Source of the DNA: Promethearchaeati archaeon SRVP18_Atabeyarchaeia-1
Lineage (GTDB): Archaea > Asgardarchaeota > Atabeyarchaeia > Atabeyarchaeales > Atabeyarchaeaceae
Assembly (NCBI GenBank): GCA_037308085.1
Contig: CP147779.1
Span: forward strand, 1,824,001 to 1,888,000
DNA length: 64,000 nucleotides
Direction of reading: 5' to 3'
Made by a program: the position numbers and the translations under genes. Under the pieces are notes generated by a model. It was not told the DNA's origin and ran no database searches. It worked only from the letters and a program-made list of their open reading frames with translations. Every line of letters starts with the position of its first letter. Position 1 is the stretch's first letter. Shown here in pieces: positions 29,788 to 39,226 of this stretch.

Positions 29788-30009
29788 CAGAAATCCCACG
29801 CCCTTTAGAGGTGGGGTGAGTGGGGGGTATGAATAGGGGAACGTGCATCTGTCTCTGCAATAGGCACGGTGCGTGCCGAATCTACGCCTGCGGAGATCGA
29901 AGCCGCTACTCCCGCGCCCCTGGGCGCGTCAACGGTGCCCCAAACGCGCCAAGGCAAGCTCGGTCCATGAGCCAGGAAGCCAACACGCCTTAGCGCGTTG
30001 GCAGCTCAC
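29788..30009 (+). mobile_element. Non-autonomous IS200/IS605-derived element (copy E2): left-end hairpin, omega-RNA-like scaffold, right end TCAC
   Basis: Left hairpin AAATCCCACGCCCTTTAGAGGTGGGG, internal ACGCCTGCGGAG, right end GAAG-CCAACACGC-CTTA-GCGCGTTGG-CAGCTCAC. Colinear with E3 and E1. Confidence 0.8.
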
Positions 30010-30029
30010 TACTCTAGGCAACTGTCACG
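29860..30029 (+). ncRNA. Putative TnpB omega-RNA/reRNA of E2 (scaffold to 30009, guide from flank TACTCTAGGCAACTGTCACG)
   Basis: Hairpins GGCACG-GTG-CGTGCC and CGCGCCC-CT-GGGCGCG plus the terminal hairpin. TATA-like TATGAATA at 29828-35. Boundaries approximate. Confidence 0.5.
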
Positions 30030-30093
30030 TGTCGCAGAAGCAATGTATTTATGGATGAAGCCGGATAGTTGTATTGCCGCAGTTACTTGTAGC

Positions 30094-32856
30094 ATGGGGG
30101 GAACGCAGTTAAAGCGCGGCGAGAAACGTTATGCGCTTCTATTTGTGGCAATGCTGATCTTCACTGGGCTCTCCTACCAATTCGCGCCCAGTACGTTGAA
30201 TACTTCTACTCCAAGCCAAGAGCACTCAAGAACCCCATACATATCTACGCCTTTCAGCATAACCCTGCTGGTACCTGGCGCAAACCCGCAGAGACAAGCT
30301 TGTGCGCAAATGGTCGCGGCCAACATGCGCAGCATTGGCATACAAGTGCAGACGGTCATTGCTTCATGGGCTCAGACCTACTCGAGGGTTCTGACGCCTG
30401 ATCAGTATGTGATTGGGAAGCCCTATGATCAGGGCGGTTTCGACATGGTATTTATTGGATATTCTCTGGGTCCCGATCCAGATCCATACACCTTGTACCA
30501 TAGCAGTCAATTCGCCCCGTATGGAGAGAACTACTACCTCTGGAACGACTCATACAACGATGCATTATGCTACAACATAACGCACACAGTCGACCCTACA
30601 CTGCGTCTTCAATACGTTCATCAATGGCAGGCATACGCCTACAACTGGACACCTAGCGTGGCAATCTACTACAACAAAGAGGTCGTAGCCTTCAAGCCAA
30701 GCTTCCAGTCAGCACCATTCCAGAATAACCACTATCCACAGTGGCCTGGCGTTGAGCAATGGAACGACACAGCGGGCTCAACCAACGTCAAGATTGCGCA
30801 GATAGGACCCTTTGGTCCTGGCGGTGGCCAGGGTCTTGTCCCATACCTTACCTCGTCATACTACGACTTGACGGCCTACGGACCCATCTTCGGTGAACTT
30901 GGCGGCTCTGGGCTGCTTACCAGGGATCAGTCAGGAGCAATGGTGCCCTACGTGGCTTACGGCAACTACACAGCTACCGCTGGCGGCAAGAACTGGACCT
31001 TTTGGATTCGTCCTGGAATCACGTTCCAGGATGGCACGCCACTTGATGGTAGGGACTTTGTCTATACGCTGAGATACGAGATGACTCCTGCCTCCGGATC
31101 GGCTGGAACAGGAGCGTACAACTACGTGTCTGGCATCATCTGTGGTTCCGATGTCAGCGCTGGTATAGCCGCGGGATATGGCAATAGAACTGTCTACTGG
31201 GCAGGTGAGCAGGGAACACCAGGAGCGGGGCTGCCGTTGAACTACTATGAGGTTCACGTCGACCAAGAAGCTGCTTGGGCTTACACGGAAAGTGACATCG
31301 GAGGTTCCTCAATCCTGCCGGCAGAAGCCTTGGTAAACAGCAGCGCAGGAGTCCCAAACTACAGCGCCTGGAATCCATCTAATGCGGCTGTCCTTCAAGG
31401 CACATCGTACAACACTGGAACGTCAGGAACTTATGTGTACTATGATAAAACAGGATCATTGATGCCGGCCAGATCTGGGCCTTTCGGTGCTGGTCCGTAC
31501 AAGTGGATTAGCTACGACACAGGCACGTTTACTTCGCATGAGCAGAAGTTCAGTGGCTACTTCAGACGCTCTGCCCTTGAGGCCGCGGGTGTCTACAGGT
31601 TCACGGACTACTACGTCGAGTACATCAGCAGCGCTACGGCTGCAATAGCTGCTCTGCAGTCTGGCAGTGTTCAGGTGCTCGACTCACAATACCACTTGGA
31701 GAACTTTTTGGGTTCACTCAATCCTTCGTGGTCTAGTCTGACTTCCTACGATGGGTACGGCGTACAGGAGATGGGTTTCAACTTGCGCCACCCGATCTGG
31801 GGGACTGGTCTGGGCACTCCTCTAGGTCAGTCTAATCCAGCGAGGGCAGCCGAAGCCGCTTGGCACGTTAGACGCGCAATAGAGTACCTAGTTCCGAAGG
31901 ACACCATAATCAAGCAGGTTCTCAATGGGTATGGCACATATGGTATCACAACCCCGATTACCCGGAAGACCCTCGGCTTTGACACGAGTATCGTTCCTCG
32001 CAACGAAACCGCACAGAGTGCAATCACTCTTGCTCAACAGGAGCTTGAGGCAGCGGGATATGTATTCCTTCAGCCACCGGGGACGATCTCAGACTTGGCT
32101 GCTGGCGCTTCAAGTGGCACTACGATTACTTTGACTTGGACGGCACCCGGCGCTCATGGCATGAGCGGAAACGTTTCGAGCTACGTTGTCAAATACTCCG
32201 AAAGTGGGGCCGTAACCCCCTCAAATTGGGGATCGGCAACAAACTTCACTCAATCGTGGAAGCCAGCCAAGAATGGAACCCTGGAAACGCGTACAATTTC
32301 TGGTCTTGACAACGCCACGAGATACTGGTTTGCAGTAGAAGCTTGCGACAACGCGACGCACTGCGGTGATGTTTCGAACAGCCCGATGGGTATAACTGCC
32401 GACGCTTTTCCGCCTGCCACAATAGCCGACCTCGCAGCGGGTAGTGCAACTGCTAACTCGATCACTTTAAGTTGGACTGCGCCTGGTGGGAATGGCACAC
32501 TAGGTAAAGCGGCCGGCTACGTAGTTAGGTATTCTACGAGCGGGCCCATAACCGTGGTCAACTGGGCATCCGCGAAGAACTATACTCAGTTTTGGGCACC
32601 TCTTCCCGCGGGCAGCATAGAGAGTCACGTGATAAATGGGCTAAACACAAGTACCCTGTACTGGTTTGCAGTCAGGGCGTACGACGGGGTTCCCAACATG
32701 GGCGGTGTCTCCAATAGTCCAAGCGAATCAACAACTAGCGGAGGAGGCGGGCAGCCTGGTGGAGCTCTTCCCATCGAAGTAATAGCTCTAGTCGGTATCG
32801 CAGGAGTGGCGGCAGCCACCGTGGCGGTGGCTATCGCGAAGATCCGCAAGAGATAG
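30094..32856 (+). CDS. Family 5 solute-binding protein with two fibronectin type III domains and C-terminal TM anchor (SBP3)
   Basis: Close paralogue of SBP1. Two repeats of (PPxT)IxDLAAG...ITLxWTAPG...YWFAV.A.D...VSNSP, then TM and KIRKR. The track start (29998) lies inside element E2. Confidence 0.85.
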   Translation: MGGTQLKRGEKRYALLFVAMLIFTGLSYQFAPSTLNTSTPSQEHSRTPYISTPFSITLLVPGANPQRQACAQMVAANMRSIGIQVQTVIASWAQTYSRVLTPDQYVIGKPYDQGGFDMVFIGYSLGPDPDPYTLYHSSQFAPYGENYYLWNDSYNDALCYNITHTVDPTLRLQYVHQWQAYAYNWTPSVAIYYNKEVVAFKPSFQSAPFQNNHYPQWPGVEQWNDTAGSTNVKIAQIGPFGPGGGQGLVPYLTSSYYDLTAYGPIFGELGGSGLLTRDQSGAMVPYVAYGNYTATAGGKNWTFWIRPGITFQDGTPLDGRDFVYTLRYEMTPASGSAGTGAYNYVSGIICGSDVSAGIAAGYGNRTVYWAGEQGTPGAGLPLNYYEVHVDQEAAWAYTESDIGGSSILPAEALVNSSAGVPNYSAWNPSNAAVLQGTSYNTGTSGTYVYYDKTGSLMPARSGPFGAGPYKWISYDTGTFTSHEQKFSGYFRRSALEAAGVYRFTDYYVEYISSATAAIAALQSGSVQVLDSQYHLENFLGSLNPSWSSLTSYDGYGVQEMGFNLRHPIWGTGLGTPLGQSNPARAAEAAWHVRRAIEYLVPKDTIIKQVLNGYGTYGITTPITRKTLGFDTSIVPRNETAQSAITLAQQELEAAGYVFLQPPGTISDLAAGASSGTTITLTWTAPGAHGMSGNVSSYVVKYSESGAVTPSNWGSATNFTQSWKPAKNGTLETRTISGLDNATRYWFAVEACDNATHCGDVSNSPMGITADAFPPATIADLAAGSATANSITLSWTAPGGNGTLGKAAGYVVRYSTSGPITVVNWASAKNYTQFWAPLPAGSIESHVINGLNTSTLYWFAVRAYDGVPNMGGVSNSPSESTTSGGGGQPGGALPIEVIALVGIAGVAAATVAVAIAKIRKR

Positions 32857-33176
32857 AGGTCTGAATAGGACACACTACACAGACCACAACCTCCTTTTTT
32901 CATGAATGCAGGTTGAAAGACCCGCGTAATAGACTTGGAGGCTCACAGGATCGGCGTGTTCATTGCAGACCAAGAAGTCCAGCCAAAAGAATGCGGTTCG
33001 ATGATTCCCCTTACACACAGAACTGCGGAAGGTCTATTTCGCATCTAAAAGAATCGCAGACGCCTCGAAGAACCATTACCGCTTCAATGGTACTTGGACA
33101 ATTGTTTATTTCGACCCGCCAAGCGATCCTCCTCGTGGCCTTCTGCAGAGGTTTCTCCTTCGGGAGATGAATTCAT

Positions 33177-33263
33177 ATGATTGCCAAAGTAGGCGTACTG
33201 GGAGCGGGGCTTGCGGTGCCAGTGCTGGTTCTTCTCGCCGCCGCAGTCACAAAGAAGCGTTAA
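33177..33263 (+). pseudogene. Orphan TM-anchor plus basic-tail fragment (relic of a surface-protein gene, or a 28-aa micropeptide)
   Basis: MIAKVGVLGAGLAVPVLVLLAAAVTKKR* resembles the C-termini of neighbouring surface proteins. Confidence 0.4.
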
Positions 33264-33410
33264 TACCAAACGCAGCTCTAATACTCACATAGTGATGTGC
33301 TACAGAATAACCCAAGCATATGAAATGCAACGCGCCGCAAGCTGGGCGCCGTTTACACAAATTATGGGCGGCTTCCGTTCTTCGTCGATCATATCCTCCT
33401 GAGGAGACAA

Positions 33411-33701
33411 TCACTTGAGCCCCCCAAGAAGCGTGTCAAACATCTGTTGAGTTCTTGTAGCTTTGATACAGCAATACTCGTCTCTCGAGCCCGCTCGAAC
33501 TGCAACTGGACAGCTTCTGCAAATGCATCCCTTCTCCTTTGCAATCTTTAGGCTTCTCACATTAACTCCGCAAAAGTTCTCCTGAACCTCACCCGTTCCT
33601 TTGTACGTTGGGCATCCAGGGCAGTCACACTTCAAGTCCTTTTCCCCGGGGGGATTCCACGGTTTCGCCTGACTAACCTTTTTCTTGTCTTTTTCAGACA
33701 T
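33411..33701 (-). CDS. DUF2769-like Cys-rich small protein
   Basis: CDCPGCPTY...FC...GCICRSCPV...YCC. Confidence 0.75.
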   Translation of the reverse strand: MSEKDKKKVSQAKPWNPPGEKDLKCDCPGCPTYKGTGEVQENFCGVNVRSLKIAKEKGCICRSCPVAVRAGSRDEYCCIKATRTQQMFDTLLGGLK

Positions 33702-34022
33702 GGGGTTCAAGTTCCCGCGTCACTCCCTCGAATTCATCAGTCGACCTCCGTTCACTGCTCTATCTAGTACTCTTCCCTATAAGTGTGCCCGAGGATCAAG
33801 AATGATGTCCACGGATGCAAGACTCAACGAAGAAGGCTGATGCCACCAAGATTACGCAGAAGCGATTAAGAGCCTGGCGAGCGGATCAACTGGGAAGTAC
33901 GAAGTTGACAAATATGGGAAGATGCCCTCATAGAAGGTACCGCAAGGAGACTGCCCTTTTCAGGGGGTGGAGGAATTGCGGAAACACTTTCATGGAGTTC
34001 CTAGGTTCGGCAGATAACATGA

Positions 34023-34125
34023 ATTGTGGATGCTTGGGACACCTCGAAGTGGTGTAGCCACTGCGGTGCCGTGGCTAAGCGCAGGCACTCCGCCAACTAC
34101 GCGCTCTTCAATTGCCCTCGTGGGC
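34023..34125 (+). pseudogene. tnpB/Cas12f-like zinc-finger relic
   Basis: Translates as IVDAWDTSKWCSHCGAVAKRRHSANYALFNCPRG (TSxxCSxCG...FxC). Nearby CTGCCCTTTTCAGGGGGTGG (~33951-70) resembles an IS605 end hairpin. Confidence 0.65.
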
Positions 34126-34147
34126 GACTATGCGATAGGGGTGCTGA

Positions 34148-35158
34148 ATGGTGACAGATTGGAGATCGTTACTCAAAGGTGATGCCATTGACTGGCTGCT
34201 GGATTATGATAATCCCTCAGTTCGGTGTTTCGCTTTGGCTGATATCCTGGAAAGACACAGCGATGATCCTGATGTGAGCGAGGCAAAAGCGGCAATTATG
34301 GGGACAGGAGCTGTGCGCGAGATTCTGGCAAAGCAGAAGAACGACGGATACTGGGGAACTGCTCAGAGCTTCTACACCGCCAAATACAAGGGAACCGTGT
34401 GGCAGCTTCTGGTCTTGGCGGAACTCGGAGCTGATGGCAAGGATGAAAGAATCAGAAAGGCATGTGAGTTTATTCTTGAGAACTCTCAGGATCGAGTAAG
34501 TTGGGGTTTCTCTCCGTGGCAAAGCGTGAAGACTGGAGGAGGAAGGTATGCTGGCGTCATACCATGCTTGACAGGCAACATGGTTTGGAGCCTAATCAGA
34601 CTCGGTTACATCGATGATCCTAGGATTCAAAGAGGGATCGAATGGATTGCCAAATACCAGCGCTTCGATGACGGGGTGAAGGAAGCGGCAAAAGGCTGGC
34701 CCTACGATAAGTTGGTAATGTGTTTCGGAAAGCATTCCTGCCATATGGGCGTCGTTAAGGCATTGAAGGCTTTGGCGGAGATCCCTGCCGACAAGAGATC
34801 CAAGGATTTGAAGAACACGATAGAAAAAGGAGCTGAATACATGCTCAAGCATCACATTTACAGGAAGAGCCACGATCTGAGTCAAAATTCCAAGCCTGGA
34901 TGGCTGCACTTCGGATTTCCCCTTATGTACCAGACCGATGCCCTTGAGATCCTAGACGTTCTAACCAAGCTCCGCTACAGGGATGATCGGATGCAAGAAG
35001 CAGTTGACCTTGTCGTCTCCAAGCAAGATGAACATGGAAGGTGGAAGCTCGAAAACACTTTCAATGGGAAGTTCCATGTGGATATTGAACAGAAGGGTGA
35101 ACCGTCGAAGTGGATCACTCTGCGCGCTCTAAGAGCGATCAAGAGATTCTATAGTTGA
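34148..35158 (+). CDS. Prenyltransferase/squalene oxidase repeat (alpha/alpha barrel) protein
   Basis: KQKNDGYW, YKGTVWQL, PCLTGN, QRFDDG, FGFPLMYQTD, KQDEHGRW and PSKWIT. Confidence 0.8.
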   Translation: MVTDWRSLLKGDAIDWLLDYDNPSVRCFALADILERHSDDPDVSEAKAAIMGTGAVREILAKQKNDGYWGTAQSFYTAKYKGTVWQLLVLAELGADGKDERIRKACEFILENSQDRVSWGFSPWQSVKTGGGRYAGVIPCLTGNMVWSLIRLGYIDDPRIQRGIEWIAKYQRFDDGVKEAAKGWPYDKLVMCFGKHSCHMGVVKALKALAEIPADKRSKDLKNTIEKGAEYMLKHHIYRKSHDLSQNSKPGWLHFGFPLMYQTDALEILDVLTKLRYRDDRMQEAVDLVVSKQDEHGRWKLENTFNGKFHVDIEQKGEPSKWITLRALRAIKRFYS

Positions 35159-35259
35159 ATGCGGGTGCCTAGTGGCATATGTTGGATCAGCGACAGCTGA
35201 AGCTTGAAGAAGGTAGCTTGCGGAGAAGGATCTTCGGAGAATAGTTGTCTGCGAGCGAT

Positions 35260-35943
35260 TTATCTTGAGAACTCGCCAATGTAGCCTTCTATGTATTTGC
35301 GCACTTTCTCTTTTCCTCTAATGACTCCGAAGTGTCCTTCGCAGAGTATGTCTGCGTTCAGGTCCCTCTCTTTCTTCAGGGAGTCAACGAAGTCCACTCT
35401 GCTTGAGCCGAACTCCTCAAACAGCGGTCCGTGGACATCTTGGGCGAAGATGACTCGCTCTCCTCCTATATCGACGAAGGGGCATACTCCGCCCGGTGTG
35501 TGTCCCGGTATGTGCATGATCTTTATATTGTGCTTGCCTATTGCGAATACATCCATTGGCTTGGTGAGTCTCACGTCGACTTTCACAGGCTCATAGGGAA
35601 CATTGTAGAGCGCCGCGCCAGTTTCTACTCCGCCTGCTTCGATCGTTCTGGTGTCAGGATCATGAGCATATACCTTGAATTTCAGCGCCCTCTTCAGGTT
35701 TGCCGAGTTGCCGATGTGGTCGATGTGACTATGAGTAATGATGTGGTGTGCAATGCGTTTAGGCTCAAAGCCGAGGCTTTGGATGTTTCTCAGAATCAGC
35801 TCAGGGTTCGTCAAGCCAGAATCAACCAGTACTAGTTGATCCTTTTCGGTGTCGATGAGGTACACCATGCAGTCACCACTGCTGGAGACGCCACTTCCAC
35901 CAACACAATAGACGTCATTGGTGACTTTAAATGCACCAACCAT
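35260..35943 (-). CDS. MBL-fold metallo-hydrolase
   Basis: THSHIDH, PGHTPG, QDVHGP and EGH. Confidence 0.9.
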   Translation of the reverse strand: MVGAFKVTNDVYCVGGSGVSSSGDCMVYLIDTEKDQLVLVDSGLTNPELILRNIQSLGFEPKRIAHHIITHSHIDHIGNSANLKRALKFKVYAHDPDTRTIEAGGVETGAALYNVPYEPVKVDVRLTKPMDVFAIGKHNIKIMHIPGHTPGGVCPFVDIGGERVIFAQDVHGPLFEEFGSSRVDFVDSLKKERDLNADILCEGHFGVIRGKEKVRKYIEGYIGEFSR

Positions 35944-36089
35944 CTTTCCCCACACCTCCGGCACTGCAATAACGGTGTTTGATTCTCCGCTCTTCTCATG
36001 TACACTTGGCACTTCTTAATTCTTTTGCTATTCTCTGATAGCTGGGTTGATCCGACAAAAACCCTTATTCCGCCAATTGCGCGATAGGC

Positions 36090-37106
36090 TTGCGAAACCA
36101 GAGAAACAAACACAACAGAAATGAAACCTTGACAAGCAAGTTAAGGAAGGGGAGTCCTCAGTACTTGGAGGTACGTAACTATTCGCCAGACATGATCCAC
36201 AAGTACTTCAGGTTTTACAATAGGGCAAGGGCTGACCGCCCCGACTATGAGGAAACCACTGTTGAGGCTATTCACGCCTTCTTCACTCCGCCGTACTACG
36301 ACCCAAAAGGGCACTTTTTGGCCATGGTTGACAACGAGATAGTTGCTGATGCTCTCGGTTCCCGAAACCTTTCGTACATGATCCTCCCTGAAGGCAAGAT
36401 TGGCTTTATTCTCAACGTTCTGCCTGGGTACAGAAGAAGAGGAATCGGTCGCCAACTGCTCGAAACCGCCATCGGCCGCTTTCTGAGCAGAGGCATGAAG
36501 ATGGCCGTTATTGATGATGTTCATGCGAAGTGCAAGGGCAGCATAGAATTCTATGAGAAACTTGGATTCAAGAAGGCAGGAAGCAGCTACTGGATGGAGC
36601 GAGATCTCTCAGATTTAGGCGAATCTGATTCACAGCGGCCGGAGCCCAGAGCGTACCGCATCAGATCCCTGACTGACCGCGACGAGCTAGAGGAATTCAG
36701 AATTACCGTGAATGAAGCGTTCTCAGACACACTTGGTTTCACGCCACTTAATAGGGAGCAATTCGAGAAGAGATATCTGGATAGACCAGTTTTCGATGTA
36801 AGTGGATTTCTCGTAGCCGTCCACAAGGAATCGAATAAGATAGTCGGCACAACAGCTAGCCTGATCGAAACTGACGACGCAAAGAAGGAGACCTTCGGTC
36901 ACATAAGAGCAGTCGGGGTGCTAATCCCTCACAGGAGAAAGGGACTTGCCAGGTCCTTGATGACGAGAAGCTTAAGCTGGCTAGCCTCGCACAATATGCC
37001 TGTGGCAAGGCTAGGAACGAACAACCAGCACGCATTCAGAATCTACCGCTCGCTAGGCTTCAAAGTGCTTCATGAATATGCCCGATTCGAGAAGGCATAC
37101 GCCTAG
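36090..37106 (+). CDS. Tandem GNAT acetyltransferase (MshD-like architecture; start uncertain)
   Basis: Two motif-A copies (VLPGYRRRGIG, VLIPHRRKGLA), plus FYEKLGF and IYRSLGF. Confidence 0.85.
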   Translation: MRNQRNKHNRNETLTSKLRKGSPQYLEVRNYSPDMIHKYFRFYNRARADRPDYEETTVEAIHAFFTPPYYDPKGHFLAMVDNEIVADALGSRNLSYMILPEGKIGFILNVLPGYRRRGIGRQLLETAIGRFLSRGMKMAVIDDVHAKCKGSIEFYEKLGFKKAGSSYWMERDLSDLGESDSQRPEPRAYRIRSLTDRDELEEFRITVNEAFSDTLGFTPLNREQFEKRYLDRPVFDVSGFLVAVHKESNKIVGTTASLIETDDAKKETFGHIRAVGVLIPHRRKGLARSLMTRSLSWLASHNMPVARLGTNNQHAFRIYRSLGFKVLHEYARFEKAYA

Positions 37107-37122
37107 TCGGGGCATGTACATC

Positions 37123-37902
37123 CTAAATCTGCTCCTTGATTGCGTTGACCATGGAGTTGAAAATCCTTTCTCCGAGTTTGCCATCCGCCTTAATCATCCT
37201 GCTTGACTTGAAGTGCTCGAGGCACTCACCATTGAGCCTTCGAAGTACACTGAATTTCTCGCCTCCGAACTCAATGAATCCTCCCAGTCCGGCGATTGCG
37301 GGCCATCTTCTGAGGGCCTCCATCGGGTCTCGTTTGGCCACTCTGTTCAGTTCACCCAATCTTTTCGCATCAATGATTCCTAGGTAGGCAGCCACAGAAT
37401 GCTCTGCGATGTATGCATGCTCTCCTGAGTATCCCAGCGGAATTCTTACTGCTTCCGGAACAAAGACATCGACTGGAACTCCAAGATGATCGGTGTACTT
37501 CCCGATCATCGCCAACAACCGGGTGTTTCCGCCATGACCATTCAGGATCACGACTTTCTTAGGTCTCTCTGAAAGTTGTTCCAGGTTGAACTGCATGAAC
37601 TTGAGCGTCTTGTCAGCGAATTCCTCGAAGGGAAGGTAACGCGGCGACCAGTACTTTGCTATGTCGCCCGTCATGTCCGTTGAGAAAGGGATGTGGGCGA
37701 GATAGCTTGCGCCTGAAACGTTGGCAACCTTCACGGCAATCGCCTTCGCAACTCTACTATCGATGTCTTTAGGCAGAGCAGGCCCATGCGCTTCATAGTC
37801 GTTCCCAATGCTGAAAAGCGCCACGCCAGCCTCAGACTCCCCAAAGGGGCCATAACCGCCAATCTCATCTAGGGTTACGCGAGAAGGATCTGTCAAGGTC
37901 AA
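37123..37902 (-). CDS. Creatininase family amidohydrolase (ArfB-like)
   Basis: EAHGPALPKDID, NGHGGN and EHA...EHS. Confidence 0.75.
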   Translation of the reverse strand: MTLTDPSRVTLDEIGGYGPFGESEAGVALFSIGNDYEAHGPALPKDIDSRVAKAIAVKVANVSGASYLAHIPFSTDMTGDIAKYWSPRYLPFEEFADKTLKFMQFNLEQLSERPKKVVILNGHGGNTRLLAMIGKYTDHLGVPVDVFVPEAVRIPLGYSGEHAYIAEHSVAAYLGIIDAKRLGELNRVAKRDPMEALRRWPAIAGLGGFIEFGGEKFSVLRRLNGECLEHFKSSRMIKADGKLGERIFNSMVNAIKEQI

Positions 37903-38053
37903 TCACCACAGCCAGTGTCTTCTAACTCTATTAGTCTACACGAGTAGATATAGGCGAGGGCAAAATAGAAAAGACTATATTTATGGGGAACGAGATATTC
38001 CCTCCATCACAGTGCAAAACTTGTCCGGTCTGAGCGGAGGAGGTGCGGGAATC

Positions 38054-38941
38054 ATGTTCCTCGATCATGCAATTGCTCTAGGCTTATCTGCTGGGGCGGT
38101 CTCTTTGGCAAAAGCCACTTTGAGCATGCCTTCTTCTGTGGAAGGCGCCCCGTTTGACTACATTGATCCCACATTGGGGATCTTGCTGGTCATGTTCTTT
38201 ATCATGGTTATTTTCATAGCAGCCGTGGCTTCCACTGGTTCAAGAGCACACCACCCCCCATCTCCGCGAACTGAGGCTGTTACCTTTGAGAGACAGACCC
38301 CCGTGGGGCCTCTAATCGAGGCGCTGAAAAGCACTGACTGGGAAACCAGGCGGGAAATGGTGTCAGCGCTGGGAAACATTGGTGACGAGCGGGCAGTCAC
38401 CCCCTTGACAGGAGTTCTGCTTCACGATGAGAATAACGAAGTCCGGCAGGAGGCTGCCAGTTGGCTGGGGCATCTGTGTAGCGAACAAGCGGTTCCCTTT
38501 CTACTGAAAGTAGTTAAGGATTACCTCGATGGTGCCGAGAAAGCGGTCAACGTGGTTATAGCCTCGGCTATAGCCCTTGGAGAAATCGGGAGCCAAGAGT
38601 CACTCGCCACACTGAGGAGACTGGCAACAGATCTAGGACAGAAAGGCATGGTAGAAGATCTGAGGAAGGTCAATCATGCGACCAAAGATATACAACTGGC
38701 TAACGACTTAACTCGCAAGAAGTGCATCGTGTGCAATCTCCCACTTGGGAAAGATGAGCAGCTAGTTCAGTGCCCCTTCTGCAAGAACGTTGCCCACAAG
38801 GACCACATGCTGGACTGGCTAAGCGGAAGGGACTATTGCCCTACATGCAGAACAAAGGTCAAGGGATCACAGTTGATCCCCATTCAATTTCAGTCGCTCG
38901 CCGCCGTGCCGAAGTCTCGCCCCGTAAAAAGGAAGCAATAG
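38054..38941 (+). CDS. TM + HEAT repeats + RING-like finger protein
   Basis: TM LGILLVMFFIMVIFIAAVA, HEAT_2-like repeats (ALGNIGDERAV, VRQEAASWLG, ALGEIG), then CIVC-x12-CPFC-x4-H-x2-H-x3-W-x6-CPTC. Confidence 0.85.
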   Translation: MFLDHAIALGLSAGAVSLAKATLSMPSSVEGAPFDYIDPTLGILLVMFFIMVIFIAAVASTGSRAHHPPSPRTEAVTFERQTPVGPLIEALKSTDWETRREMVSALGNIGDERAVTPLTGVLLHDENNEVRQEAASWLGHLCSEQAVPFLLKVVKDYLDGAEKAVNVVIASAIALGEIGSQESLATLRRLATDLGQKGMVEDLRKVNHATKDIQLANDLTRKKCIVCNLPLGKDEQLVQCPFCKNVAHKDHMLDWLSGRDYCPTCRTKVKGSQLIPIQFQSLAAVPKSRPVKRKQ

Positions 38942-39226
38942 TCTAGGGAGTAGATTGGAGCGGGGCTTTCAATTCCACACCCGAAGATGCAGGGTGACCT
39001 ATGCTGTCCTGAATCGTGTCGGGAATCCACGTGGATGAAATTGCGGAGAAACATTCTGTGAAGAGGCGGGAACTCGAGATCAGCGGCTGGAAAGAGCCCA
39101 CACCGTGTCAAATATCTCCTCGATCATCTTTGCTATCAATGGAGAGTTCATGTATACTTTGCCAACATGGACTTCATGCTTAATCCTGTGTGGTGCTTCG
39201 TGCGGCTGAAGCAGTATCTGATTATC

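Noticed and set aside
29998-30093. ORF-track N-terminal extension of SBP3
   Set aside because: It starts inside the right end of element E2. The signal peptide and paralogue alignment begin near 30094-30110.
34148-35158. 'NifH' label often attached to this family, or squalene-hopene cyclase
   Set aside because: There is no P-loop or NifH Cys motif, no DxDD cyclase motif, and the protein is too short for a full cyclase.
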